Source: a bacterium
GTDB taxonomy: Bacteria > Desulfobacterota > DSWW01
Assembly (NCBI GenBank): GCA_040756235.1
Contig: JBFLZG010000024.1
Span: forward strand, 1-64,000
DNA: 64,000 nucleotides
Direction of reading: 5' to 3'
Below, piece after piece: positions 50,719-60,041 of this stretch. Position 1 is the stretch's first letter, and each line of letters starts with the position of its first letter. The notes beneath the pieces are model-generated. The model did not search any database, had not been told where the DNA came from, and saw only the letters and a list, made by a program, of their open reading frames with translations. A program made the translations under genes and the position numbers.

Positions 50719-51475
50719 GGCTCGTGGCCTCGCGTGTCTCGGAGTGCTCCAGGATCAGCCGCCGGACCCTCTCCGTGAGCTCGTCGACGGCCATCGACTG
50801 CACCTGCTCCGCCGGAATCGGATCGAGGACCTCGATCTCGATGGTGCCGGGGTGGAAATCCAGGCTTCCTTTGGGCAGCAACCTGCCGCTCCCGTGCACG
50901 GCCACCGGCAGGATGGGCCAGCGGACCTCCCGGGCAGTCCAGAAACCTCCCTTCTTGAAGCGACCCACCTTGCCGTCCGAGCTCCTCGTGCCTTCCGCGA
51001 AGAACAGCAGGGAAGCGCCCTTCGGCAGCCTCCTGACTCCCTTCTCCAGGCTCTTTCTGGCAGAGAGCGGATCAGAACGATCCACGGCGATGTTCCGCAT
51101 GGATGCCACGGCAAGACCGAAAAGCGGGATCCTCATGAGCTCCTTCTTCGCCACCCACCGGATGCACATCGGCAGCTCGAGCACCAGCGCCAGGGCATCG
51201 AAATGGCTCTGGTGGTTCACGATGATCGCGTAGGGACGCCCCCGCTCGATCTTCTCCACCCCGGTGGAACGGGTCTTCACTCCTGCGACCAGCAGCAGCG
51301 TCCGGGCATACCTCTTGCAGAGCCAATCCGCAATGCGCTGGCTCGGCTCCAGCCAGGCCGCCAGCGTGACAGGGCCGAAGACCGCCAGCGTGGCCAGAAT
51401 CACCCAGGACCCAAGCCAGACCGCTTTCAAACGAGCCTTGCACCTGTCCCGGAATCGATTGCCCTGAAGGGTCAT
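50705..51475 (-). CDS. plsC: 1-acyl-sn-glycerol-3-phosphate acyltransferase
   Basis: NHQSHFD, AKKEL, FAEGTRS and FKKGGF. Confidence 0.9.
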   Translation of the reverse strand: MTLQGNRFRDRCKARLKAVWLGSWVILATLAVFGPVTLAAWLEPSQRIADWLCKRYARTLLLVAGVKTRSTGVEKIERGRPYAIIVNHQSHFDALALVLELPMCIRWVAKKELMRIPLFGLAVASMRNIAVDRSDPLSARKSLEKGVRRLPKGASLLFFAEGTRSSDGKVGRFKKGGFWTAREVRWPILPVAVHGSGRLLPKGSLDFHPGTIEIEVLDPIPAEQVQSMAVDELTERVRRLILEHSETREATSHAAL

Positions 51476-51808
51476 CGGGAGCCCTCGATCCGTCCCGTCC
51501 CCGGACTCGACAAGAGTTCTTGCCTTTGTATACCTTCCAAAGCCGCTCCTGTCCATCCTACTGCGGCTGTTGAGAGGGCGCCCGCCTGCTCCGTTCGACG
51601 CGCCTCGCGTCAGTCTTCAGTTGCCAGCCATCCGTTTTCAGTTATCGGCCAGAAGAGAAGCATGTCCCGCGCGACACCGCATGGCCCGAGTCGGTTATCT
51701 GCTTTCAGCGGCCGGGGGGAGGCTGCTCCCCGCAGCCTTGACAACTTTTCGAACGCTGAACTATGTAGGGCGGCGACCCGCCCATGGCAGAGAAAGCAAG
51801 AGGCCCTG

Positions 51809-53230
51809 ATGGAATTCCAGACCGTTCACGAGATGTACGAGCACTGGGCAGACACACGATCCAGGCTCCCCGCGTACCACGTCAAGCGCAACGGGCGCTA
51901 CGAGCCGGTGACCTGGCGGGAGCTCGGAGACAAGATCCGCTGCTTCGCGCTCGGGCTCATGGCCCTCGGCATGGAACACCGGGACCCGGTCAGCATCCTC
52001 GGCCTGACTCGGGAGGAGTGGGACGTTGCGGACAAGGCGGTCATGAGCGCCGGCGGGGTCTCCGTGGGCGTCTACCACTCCCATACGCCGGCTCAGGTGC
52101 GGTACGTGGTCCGGCACTCGGAATCACGCTTCCTCCTCGTGGAGAACCAAGCGCAGTGGGAGAAGGTCCTCGAGATCCGCAAGGACCTGCCGCTCGTCAA
52201 GCGCTTCATCGCCATGGACCCCCACGGGATCGAGAACCCGGAAGTCCTTCCCTTCGAGCAGGTCATGGAACTGGGCCGGGCGGAGCGCGCGCGCCGCGAA
52301 CCCGAGTACCGCAGGCGGTTCGCCTCGGTAAGCGCGCACGACACGGCCATCATCTTCTACACTTCCGGCACGACCGCGCCGCCCAAGGGCGCCATGCTGA
52401 GCCACGGGAACATCCTGGCCGCATGCGCCTTCATGCGGGACCTGAAGATCTTCACGGCCCAGGACACGAGCGTGCTGGGGCTCCCCATGCCGCATAGCTA
52501 CGGCAGGATCGCGATGATCGCGGAGGCTTACACCGGCACGCAGGGATACTATGCCGAGAGCCTCGAGAAGATCATCGAGGACCTCCGGCAGATTCGGCCG
52601 ACCATCTTTTACAGCGTCCCCAGAACATTCGAGAAGGTGCACGGCCGCGTGCTGAGCCAGGCGTACTCCGGTCCGCCCGTGAAGAGGCGAATCTTCCAAT
52701 GGGCCCTGCAGGTGGGAACGGAGCGGAGCCGCGCCCTCCAGTCCGGCACATCGCCGTCTTTCCCGACCGAGATGAAGCACCGCCTGGCCGATCGACTGGT
52801 TTTTCGCAAGATCCGCGAGGCCTTCGGAGGCAAGATCCGGATGATCATCTCCGGCGGCGCGCCGATCTCCAAGGAGATCCTGGAGTTCTTTCACGCCGCG
52901 GGCATCCTCCCCCTGGAGCTCTACGGCATCACCGAATGCCTCGGCTGCTCGATGAACCGCCCGGACAAGTACCGTTTCGGCTCCGTGGGCCCCGCCGGCC
53001 CCGGGGTCCAGCTCCGCATTGCCGAGGACGGCGAAATCCTCGTGAAAAGCGAGATGGTCTTCAAAGGCTACCTCAAGGATCCGGAGAAGACCCGGGAGGT
53101 CCTGAGCGAGGACGGCTGGTATGCGACCGGCGACTTCGGCAAGCTGGACCCGGACGGTTTTCTCTGGCTCACCGATCGCAAGAAGGACCGGCGCCACGGA
53201 GATCTCCTGGAGGAGATGTACAAGGAGTGA
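51809..53230 (+). pseudogene. Long-chain acyl-CoA synthetase (FadD15-like) with apparent in-frame loss of the C-terminal domain
   Basis: YTSGTTAPPKG, YGITE and ATGDFG are intact; TDRKKD runs directly into RRHGDLLEEMYKE; no GGKN..P or TPTLK motifs; 473 aa. Confidence 0.7.
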
Positions 53231-53385
53231 GGGGCCCGACTCTCAGAAGCGCCCGATGGCCGGCAAGAGCCAGATGTCGCGAGCGAGCCCTGTGAATACT
53301 CGCTAGGATGGACAAAGCGCAGCGTGTCCACCAACCACGGCTGCAGACTCGCGAGCACGGCGATCTTATTTACGCCGAGCTGTAC

Positions 53386-54453
53386 TCAGCTGCCTGGAGG
53401 GCTCTGCGGCCTCTTTTTCCCGGCCAACGGAATCGTCCGTCCGGCTGCCTTCCGCGGTTTCTGCTTCCTTTGGTCTCCCACTTCGGCAAGCCACCTGGCC
53501 AGGGGCTCGAAGACCCACTCCTGCGCGATGTTGCTCACGAAGAGGTCGGCGTGGGCCACGGGCACGGTCGGGGTGCCGACCCGCAGGATGTCCTTCCGGG
53601 TCGAGCCCATGATCTCATAGGCGCTCAAGGCCGAAGCCTCCGGGACGATCCCGTCCGCATTGGAGAGGACCACGAGCAGCGGGTTGTCCGAAAGCGCCAC
53701 CCCTTGCGTCACGTTCACGCCCCGCACGATGAGGTCTTCGGACCGGATCCACTCGGCGATCTCACGGTTCAGGAGCGGGTTCGGGTTCTCCACGGTCTTG
53801 ATCATCTCGTTCATCTTCGAGGTGTCGACGATGGCCGGGTGGAGGTACATGTGGAGAATCGGCAGGTGCTTGAGCACGGGCATGACCAGCCTGGCAAGCG
53901 GCCGGACCCCGCGGATGGACAGTTTCCCGGCAAGCCGGGGCGAGCCGAAGGCCGCCTTCAGGACCGGGTGGACGCCCTTCAATCGAAGAGGCGCGCCGAT
54001 GGCCACGACAGCCCCCAGACGGCTCCTGTCGCGCAGGCAGGCAAGATAGACGAAGAGGTAAGTGCCTCCGAGGCTGCAGCCGACGCCATCCACCCGGTCC
54101 TGGCCCGTGGCCGTGTGCCGGACGATATACTCCAGGACGCGGTCGAGGTCCGTGACCGCCGCATCATAGAAACCGTAGGTCCTCCTGCCGCCCGTGCGGA
54201 TCGATCCGTCCTGGGCCCGGAGATTGACCGACCAGACCTCGAACCCCTTCTCCGCCCAGTAGATCTCCATCGGCTTGCCCGTGGGGTGATAACCGAAAAT
54301 GAAGGCGTTCATCCCGTAGCCGGGCACGATCGCGATGGGCCGCCGTTTGCGCTCGATGCGGGCGGGCGCATAGGTCTGCTTCACGGCCATGAGCCATCCG
54401 TCGCCGTTGGGGACGTGGTGCACGCTCTGGACCAGGCTCTGAACGGCTTGCAT
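53386..54453 (-). CDS. Alpha/beta hydrolase (PHA synthase/lipase-like)
   Basis: VPGYGMN, GCSLGG, DGIVP and AHADLF. Confidence 0.85.
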   Translation of the reverse strand: MQAVQSLVQSVHHVPNGDGWLMAVKQTYAPARIERKRRPIAIVPGYGMNAFIFGYHPTGKPMEIYWAEKGFEVWSVNLRAQDGSIRTGGRRTYGFYDAAVTDLDRVLEYIVRHTATGQDRVDGVGCSLGGTYLFVYLACLRDRSRLGAVVAIGAPLRLKGVHPVLKAAFGSPRLAGKLSIRGVRPLARLVMPVLKHLPILHMYLHPAIVDTSKMNEMIKTVENPNPLLNREIAEWIRSEDLIVRGVNVTQGVALSDNPLLVVLSNADGIVPEASALSAYEIMGSTRKDILRVGTPTVPVAHADLFVSNIAQEWVFEPLARWLAEVGDQRKQKPRKAAGRTIPLAGKKRPQSPPGS

Positions 54454-54557
54454 GACGGGCTCCGGCTCCTTTCTACTCGGCTCTCTGCTGCCGGCTTGCA
54501 CCGGGGTATCCGAAAATTCGTTTCTATGCAAACGCGCTTTGATGAGACAAATTCTCA

Positions 54558-54654
54558 CCCCTCACCTTGATCCTCTCCCCTCGGAGGGGAGAGGAAAGAG
54601 GCGACCGAGCAAAACCCTCGCCCCCCTTAGGGGGGAGAGGGCCAGGGTGAGGGG
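54558..54654. repeat. CCCTCACC..CCTCTCCC / GGGAGAGGG..GGGTGAGGG palindromic repeat pair
   Basis: CCCCTCACCTTGATCCTCTCCCCTCGGAGGGGAGAGG and CCCCCTTAGGGGGAGAGGGCCAGGGTGAGGGG; related partial unit near 56567. Confidence 0.65.
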
Positions 54655-54695
54655 GACGCAGCCGGATGCAGCATCTGTCGATGCGTTCGCATTAA

Positions 54696-54908
54696 GGGTT
54701 CGCGCAAAAATAACTTCCCATTTCGCACCCCATCTTCGGGCCATCTTCGACCGCTCCTCAATCGCAAGATCCTCGACATAGCCATGCTATGCCTGCGGTC
54801 TCGCTCAATCGTCGCGGCCGAATCTGACCCAAATCTGGGCGCGAAACCTCCCCTCTCCAAAATGATACAGTTGGCCCGGCCCCTGCGAAGTTATTTTTTC
54901 GTGAACCC
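54696..54908. mobile_element. MITE family 2 (213 bp, 21-bp TIRs, TAA target-site duplication)
   Basis: TAA|GGGTTCGCGCAAAAATAACTT ... AAGTTATTTTTTCGTGAACCC|TAA (19/21 inverted match). Confidence 0.8.
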
Positions 54909-55924
54909 TAAGCCACGCAGAGGAAGTCCTCTATCTCACGATAGCCGAGACCTCGCAGCCGCCCCCGGATCTCCTCCCGGGCGCCCCGCGTGCCCACGGC
55001 TGCAAGGATCAGCCGCGCCGCGCCGAGCTTTCCCCCCGCCAGACTCTCGTACGAGATGATCGGCATCCCCCTGCGCCGCGCCCCGATGGTCTTCGGATCG
55101 AGGTCCACGTAGGCCGCGACCCGCAACCCTTGCTCCTCGAGGAGGCTTCCCAGACGTTTCGCTTCCTTCTTCCCGGCGAGCAGCACCTCCCTGCCGCCTC
55201 CGATCCAACGGGCGAGGTGGACCGCCCTGCACTTCCGGAAAGCCTGTTTGCGATAGGCGGGCGAGCAGCGGGTGGCTCGCTCCTGCCGGTCCATCCAGAA
55301 GAGCAGAATACTGGGGACCTTGGCGAAACGCATTCCCTTCAGGTGCAGGCGCAGCCAGAGGTCGAAGTCCTCCGGCCCCTCCAGCCCGTACCCTCCCACC
55401 GCCTCCAGGTCGCGTCTTCGGATCATGACCGACGGATGCACCAGGGGCGCATCCACGAAGATCTCCCGCGCGATCTCGTCGGGACGGACCAGAGAGTTGA
55501 CCCAGCCCTCGTAGGCGAGCATTCCGGCCGTCATGCCGGCGCGCGGGAACACCCGCACCAGAGAGCCGACGGCGCAGAGGTCGGCACGGCGATCCAGGAA
55601 ATCCTTCTGCAGCGCGAGCCGGCGGACATGGGAGATATCGTCGGCATCCATGCGGGCGACGTAGCGGCCGCGGGCACGGCTCAGCCCCTCGTTCAAGGTC
55701 CCGGCGATCCCCCTGTGGGGGAAGTGGAACACACGGATGCGGCCGTCCCCTTGCTGCAACGACTCGGCCAGCTCGCCGGTCCCGTCCCGCGAGCCGTCGT
55801 CGAGCAGGAGCAGCTCCCAGCAGGCGAGGGTCTGCCTCTGAAGGCTGCGGACCGCACGCACGAGGTAGTGTCCGTCATTGTAAACGGGAAGCAGAATGCT
55901 GATGGGGACCTGTGATGGGGGCAT
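54908..55924 (-). CDS. Glycosyltransferase family 2
   Basis: ISILLPVYN, DDGSRD, RMDADD, HPSVM and EDFDLWLR. Confidence 0.92.
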   Translation of the reverse strand: MPPSQVPISILLPVYNDGHYLVRAVRSLQRQTLACWELLLLDDGSRDGTGELAESLQQGDGRIRVFHFPHRGIAGTLNEGLSRARGRYVARMDADDISHVRRLALQKDFLDRRADLCAVGSLVRVFPRAGMTAGMLAYEGWVNSLVRPDEIAREIFVDAPLVHPSVMIRRRDLEAVGGYGLEGPEDFDLWLRLHLKGMRFAKVPSILLFWMDRQERATRCSPAYRKQAFRKCRAVHLARWIGGGREVLLAGKKEAKRLGSLLEEQGLRVAAYVDLDPKTIGARRRGMPIISYESLAGGKLGAARLILAAVGTRGAREEIRGRLRGLGYREIEDFLCVA

Positions 55925-56007
55925 CGATGAGGTCGAAGACGTCCGGTGCGCCGCCGGGCCCCGCGCAAGCTCCCGCAGCAGGAGGCGCTCCAGGGGCCCG
56001 TCCGGTC

Positions 56008-56121
56008 TCAGGCGGACTGAGAAGCTTCTTTGCCGCTCTTCCTGCGCTTCCGCGGGCGGGTCTTGCCGTGGCTGCCCCGGAAGATCTTTCCCTTGCGTGT
56101 CCTGCGGTCTCCTTTTCCCAC
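56008..56121 (-). CDS. 30S ribosomal protein bTHX (Thx/PSRP4 family), 37 aa
   Basis: GTG start after AGGAGGG; MGKGDRRTRKGKIFRGSHGKTRPRKRRK matches the Thx consensus MGKGD..T..GKI..G..GK.RP. Confidence 0.9.
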   Translation of the reverse strand: MGKGDRRTRKGKIFRGSHGKTRPRKRRKSGKEASQSA

Positions 56122-56430
56122 GGGCTCCCTCCTGTCGGCTGCACGAGATTCGCCAAAAACATCTTGCAGAGCGGCATTATAACCATGCCCCGGCACGGCA
56201 TCAATACACACGAACAGGGCAACCCGAGCCGCACTCGATTTCATCGGTGGGAAGGAACGTCGACTCTCATTCGATGTGATCGGGGGAGCGGCGGGGGAGA
56301 AGGCGTGACCCAAAGCGAGGTGCAGGCAAAGGGCAAGAGGTGAAAGCGGAACGGAACCCCCACCTTTGCCCTTGACCTGCTGCGAGGATGAACCCGACTA
56401 CGTAGAGCCTGTCCCAACAGGCTCGATTTC

Positions 56431-56557
56431 AGAGGCTGTTCAAAAATGCCCAGATGCAAGACGCACGAAGTCCTGAGGAACGAGGCGTACATAGAAGTAC
56501 GCCGCAGTGACGAAGGATGAGTGCAACGCCGCAGATGGGCGTTTTGGGACAGCCTCT
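56431..56557 (+). mobile_element. MITE-like family 1, complete 127-bp copy
   Basis: AGAGGCTG...CAGCCTCT termini; near-identical to 1-110. Confidence 0.8.
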
Positions 56558-56609
56558 ATGTAAACCTCTCATCCGAGGGGAGAAGGGATCGGGGTGACGC
56601 ACGGCCTGC

Positions 56610-57647
56610 CTATTTGGAGATCCTGCTCATGCACATGCCGTCGCTCTTCAGCTGGATGACCCCGATGCGCTTCATCGTACCCGCGTCGTACACGCTCAGA
56701 TCGGGCCCGCCCGGCCCGATGTAAAGCTTCTTCCCGTCCGTGGTCAGAGCGAGGGAGTAGCACGTGCCCTTCTCGATCGGGTCCATGGCCATGGTCTTGC
56801 CGGTCGCGAGATCGATCTTGTACACCTCGTCCATCGCGGAGTATGCGTACTTCCTGTCCGCAGAGATGATGGAGGAGTACTGGGCGATCGCTTCCTCGGT
56901 CTCCACGATGTCCAGCTTGCCCTTCTTGTCGAACAGGACGTACCACATCTTGCCATCCACGGTGTACGCCCCGTTGATGAAGACACCCGCGTCCCCGGGG
57001 CTCCAGTGGTTCCAGAGTGCGAGATTGTTCAGGCCCGGCTTCCCCTCGTCCGGGCGCAGGACACCGAGGACCTTCGTCATCTTGCCGTCCTTGAGGTTCA
57101 GGCTGTAGATGTCCTGGGCCATGACGATGACATGGTCCGGATCGTCCCTGAGGGGCAGCACGTACGTGCAGCAGTGCGGGATCTCGAAGCTCTTGGCGAT
57201 CTGCTTCTTCTTCAGGTCGTACACCACGAGCTGAGGAGGCACGAGGGTGAGCCTCGGCACGTTCAGCTTCTTGCGCGCGATGTAGCAGCTCAGGTAGAGG
57301 TAGTTGCCGTCGGCCGAGACCGACGGACTGCCGACGACGTTCACCTGGTTCAGATCGGACCAGAACTCGTGGACGTCGACGAGCTTGTCCGTCGCCGTAT
57401 CCACCTCGTAGATCCTGCGCCAGCTGTTGAAGAAGAACTTCCTGCCGTCGTTGGACGGGGTGCACCCTACGATGTAGTCGTTGTACGAGAGGGTCTTTAC
57501 GACCGTGTCCTTCTCGCAGTCGACGACGTGCAGGTAGTTCGAGGTGGGCACGTAGAGGTAGTCCTTGGCAACGGCCGGCAGAGAGAGCAAGGCCACTCCC
57601 AGGAGCACGGCCAGCGCGAACCCGATCACTCTCCGATTGGCTTTCAT
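56610..57647 (-). CDS. qhpB: Quinohemoprotein amine dehydrogenase beta subunit (beta-propeller)
   Basis: Signal peptide; YVTN-like blades; final blade YSLALTTDGKKLYIGPGGPDLSVYDA; follows qhpC. Confidence 0.85.
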   Translation of the reverse strand: MKANRRVIGFALAVLLGVALLSLPAVAKDYLYVPTSNYLHVVDCEKDTVVKTLSYNDYIVGCTPSNDGRKFFFNSWRRIYEVDTATDKLVDVHEFWSDLNQVNVVGSPSVSADGNYLYLSCYIARKKLNVPRLTLVPPQLVVYDLKKKQIAKSFEIPHCCTYVLPLRDDPDHVIVMAQDIYSLNLKDGKMTKVLGVLRPDEGKPGLNNLALWNHWSPGDAGVFINGAYTVDGKMWYVLFDKKGKLDIVETEEAIAQYSSIISADRKYAYSAMDEVYKIDLATGKTMAMDPIEKGTCYSLALTTDGKKLYIGPGGPDLSVYDAGTMKRIGVIQLKSDGMCMSRISK

Positions 57648-57661
57648 GTCCGCCTCCCCCC

Positions 57662-57988
57662 TCATCTCTTGATCGCGAAGTTCAGGTTGCGCCAGTCCCT
57701 GGCGACGGCCAGACATTGATTCTGGAAGCCGTTGAAGTTGGTCATGCTGTCCGGCGTCTGGGCCGGCCACCAGCACGGCCCGGAGCAGGTCGTAAAATCA
57801 CGTGCGCTCGAGATGCAGTTGCCGACCGGCGTCGCGGGCCTCGGGTTCGTCTCCCAGCCCGTGTCGAAAATCGTGGTACAACCCACCGGCTGGTCGGTCA
57901 GGACATTGATTTCCTCCATCCCGAAGACCGCCGTTTCCTCCAGCCTTCGCGCGCGCCTGTTGACCGCCTTCAATCTGTTCTTCTTCAT
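57662..57988 (-). CDS. qhpC: Quinohemoprotein amine dehydrogenase gamma subunit (CTQ precursor peptide)
   Basis: Basic leader LKAVNRRARRL; GCTTIFDTGWE, C..ARD..CSGPCWWPAQTPD and DWR.L with canonical spacing. Confidence 0.92.
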   Translation of the reverse strand: MKKNRLKAVNRRARRLEETAVFGMEEINVLTDQPVGCTTIFDTGWETNPRPATPVGNCISSARDFTTCSGPCWWPAQTPDSMTNFNGFQNQCLAVARDWRNLNFAIKR

Positions 57989-58086
57989 GATCGGCTCCTC
58001 TCCTCCATCACGGCAGGCAGCGGCCCGACCCGGCCTCCTCTCCGCCGCAGCCACCCGTCCGGGGGACCGCTGCCCGCGTGAGGTCT

Positions 58087-59733
58087 TCATTTGATGTGCG
58101 TGACATAGTCCGGCTCGGTCACGGTCAGCAGGGCCCGGGCCTTGAGCTCCTGAGCGCCTTCCTCGTAGGAGGCCCCCACCGCGATCAGACCGACCCCCTC
58201 CACGCTCTGGCGGCGGGTCTCGATCGGCGCAAAGGTGGTCACCGGCACGTAGAGCCCGTTCGCGATCGACGTCTGCAGGTATTTCATGTCATCGTCGTCT
58301 TCACGGGTCTTCTCCTCTTCGAGCCACCACCGAGCCGCCACCGGCTCCAGGATCATGTCATCGTCCGTGTCAGCCTTGCCGTCCCTGCCGTAGCTCACGC
58401 CGCGGGCCACGAACTGCACGCCCTGGGGCGGGTATGCGGCGCCGCCGTCGATCCGGGCCCGGCCCAGGGCAGGGAACACCTTGATCCCGTCCAGCTTGTC
58501 GTACACCACCAACGACTCGTCACAGGCCGCTCCCTTGACCTGGACTGCGCACGGCCCCAGGGCCGCTCCGCCGGCCGCCGTGACCTCGACCGTGATCCGG
58601 TTCGCATCCACCCTCTTCACACTCTTGGCCTTCACGTTGGGGTCCGCAAAGGCGACGTCCGCCGCTGCCAGGGCCGCAGGCAGATTGACGCCGACCAGGG
58701 TCAAGGAGCGCGCGGCGCCGTTGGCCTTCAGCGCCTGGGGAAATACCGCGAAGATCCGCGCCGCGCCGTCCGCCTTGTAGAATTCTTCGTTCCCGTACGC
58801 GTTCGTGTCCTGCACCACCGTCCACCACTTGCCGCCGAACCCCTGGGCCGCCGCATCCAGGTCGAAGACCCCCTCCACCCTGCCTACGAGCTGGCTTGCG
58901 GCCAGGGCATAGCGCAAGTGATACTCGCCGAAAAGCGTGCCCTCTCCGGACTGCTTCAAGGTGGTGCCGTTCTGATAGACGACCTCCCGCTCGATCAGAT
59001 ACTCGTCCTCGCCTTTCTTCGAGTTGGCCTTGAACGTGTACGCCCCCTCGTAGTAGCCGAGCCCGGGCTGATATCCAGCGATCTTCCACTTGCCCGCCAG
59101 ATCCTGCGGGCTCCTGGACTCCATCCATGACTTCCACTGCGGCGAGTCCACGGGAAACATCCCGGCCAGCACCTTCGCCAGGTCCATCGCCTCCTTGGGC
59201 CAGTCCATCTCGCGCATCTGGAAGACGGTCGTGGGATAGTACCCGATGTGCAAGTTGGTGTTTTCCTTCCACTGGTCCTCGGTCTTGCGATGGGCGAGGA
59301 TCTTCCCGTAGGCGTGGCAGCGCACGCAGGCCTGGAAGATCCTCTTGTCCGTGTCGGTCTTCATCAGTGAGCTGCGCTCCCGAAATTGGCTGTTTTCGTC
59401 GCTGTTGTAATAAGCGACGGCCGCCATCTCGACCGGCGCCAGGATCAGGTGTTGACTCAGCTCCTTCACCACCGGATGGACTTCACTGTCCTTGATCGGC
59501 GCGCCGTTGAGCCGGATCATCCGGTCGACCACGTTCCTCCATTCCTCCGGCGTCTTCCTCGTCTCCTCGATCGCCTCCAGCCGCCCCTGGGCGTCCGGGC
59601 GGTGGCATACGGAGCACTTGACCCGTACGACTCCGCCCTCGGCAAAGGGGGTCTTTGCCTCCAGGCTTGCCCCCGGCGCGAGAAGCGCGAGAAGCCCCAG
59701 CAGCCCCAGTCCGATCCTCGTCCCTGCTCGCAT
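58087..59733 (-). CDS. qhpA: Quinohemoprotein amine dehydrogenase alpha subunit (diheme c)
   Basis: Signal peptide; CSVCH and CVRCH; RKTPEEW..VDRMIR; GRDGKADTDDD. Confidence 0.92.
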   Translation of the reverse strand: MRAGTRIGLGLLGLLALLAPGASLEAKTPFAEGGVVRVKCSVCHRPDAQGRLEAIEETRKTPEEWRNVVDRMIRLNGAPIKDSEVHPVVKELSQHLILAPVEMAAVAYYNSDENSQFRERSSLMKTDTDKRIFQACVRCHAYGKILAHRKTEDQWKENTNLHIGYYPTTVFQMREMDWPKEAMDLAKVLAGMFPVDSPQWKSWMESRSPQDLAGKWKIAGYQPGLGYYEGAYTFKANSKKGEDEYLIEREVVYQNGTTLKQSGEGTLFGEYHLRYALAASQLVGRVEGVFDLDAAAQGFGGKWWTVVQDTNAYGNEEFYKADGAARIFAVFPQALKANGAARSLTLVGVNLPAALAAADVAFADPNVKAKSVKRVDANRITVEVTAAGGAALGPCAVQVKGAACDESLVVYDKLDGIKVFPALGRARIDGGAAYPPQGVQFVARGVSYGRDGKADTDDDMILEPVAARWWLEEEKTREDDDDMKYLQTSIANGLYVPVTTFAPIETRRQSVEGVGLIAVGASYEEGAQELKARALLTVTEPDYVTHIK

Positions 59734-59873
59734 GATCCTCCTCCTTGCGGGTGTCCTGATGTAGCGCCCCAAACGCCATGGCTCAGAATGCGGGGAAGCC
59801 CCCTCCTCGAGGTTGCGGCAGCCACGTGCGCGTCATCTCCGGCCGCTCGAGGGCGCGCCTCCCCGGGCTCGAC

Positions 59874-59889
59874 GCAAAAGGGATGCCAG
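59874..59889 (-). promoter_or_regulatory. Sigma54 -24/-12 promoter of the qhp operon
   Basis: Minus strand reads CTGGCATCCCTTTTGC. Confidence 0.8.
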
Positions 59890-59984
59890 AAGGACGGCGG
59901 GCCAGAACCCGGCAGGGAATGGCGGGGGATAGCCGCAAATCAGCGGAAAAGGAGCGGGCAGCGGCTCTTCGTAGACCTGGGGGG

Positions 59985-60034
59985 TGTCACACGTTACACA
60001 GGTGTAGCAGGGCACTCCTGTCACGCGTTACACA
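59985..60034. promoter_or_regulatory. Tandem TGT-N10-ACA upstream activator sites
   Basis: TGTCACACGTTACACA (59985) and TGTCACGCGTTACACA (60019), 15/16 identical, about 100-145 bp upstream of the -24 element. Confidence 0.7.
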
Positions 60035-60041
60035 CGAGCGT

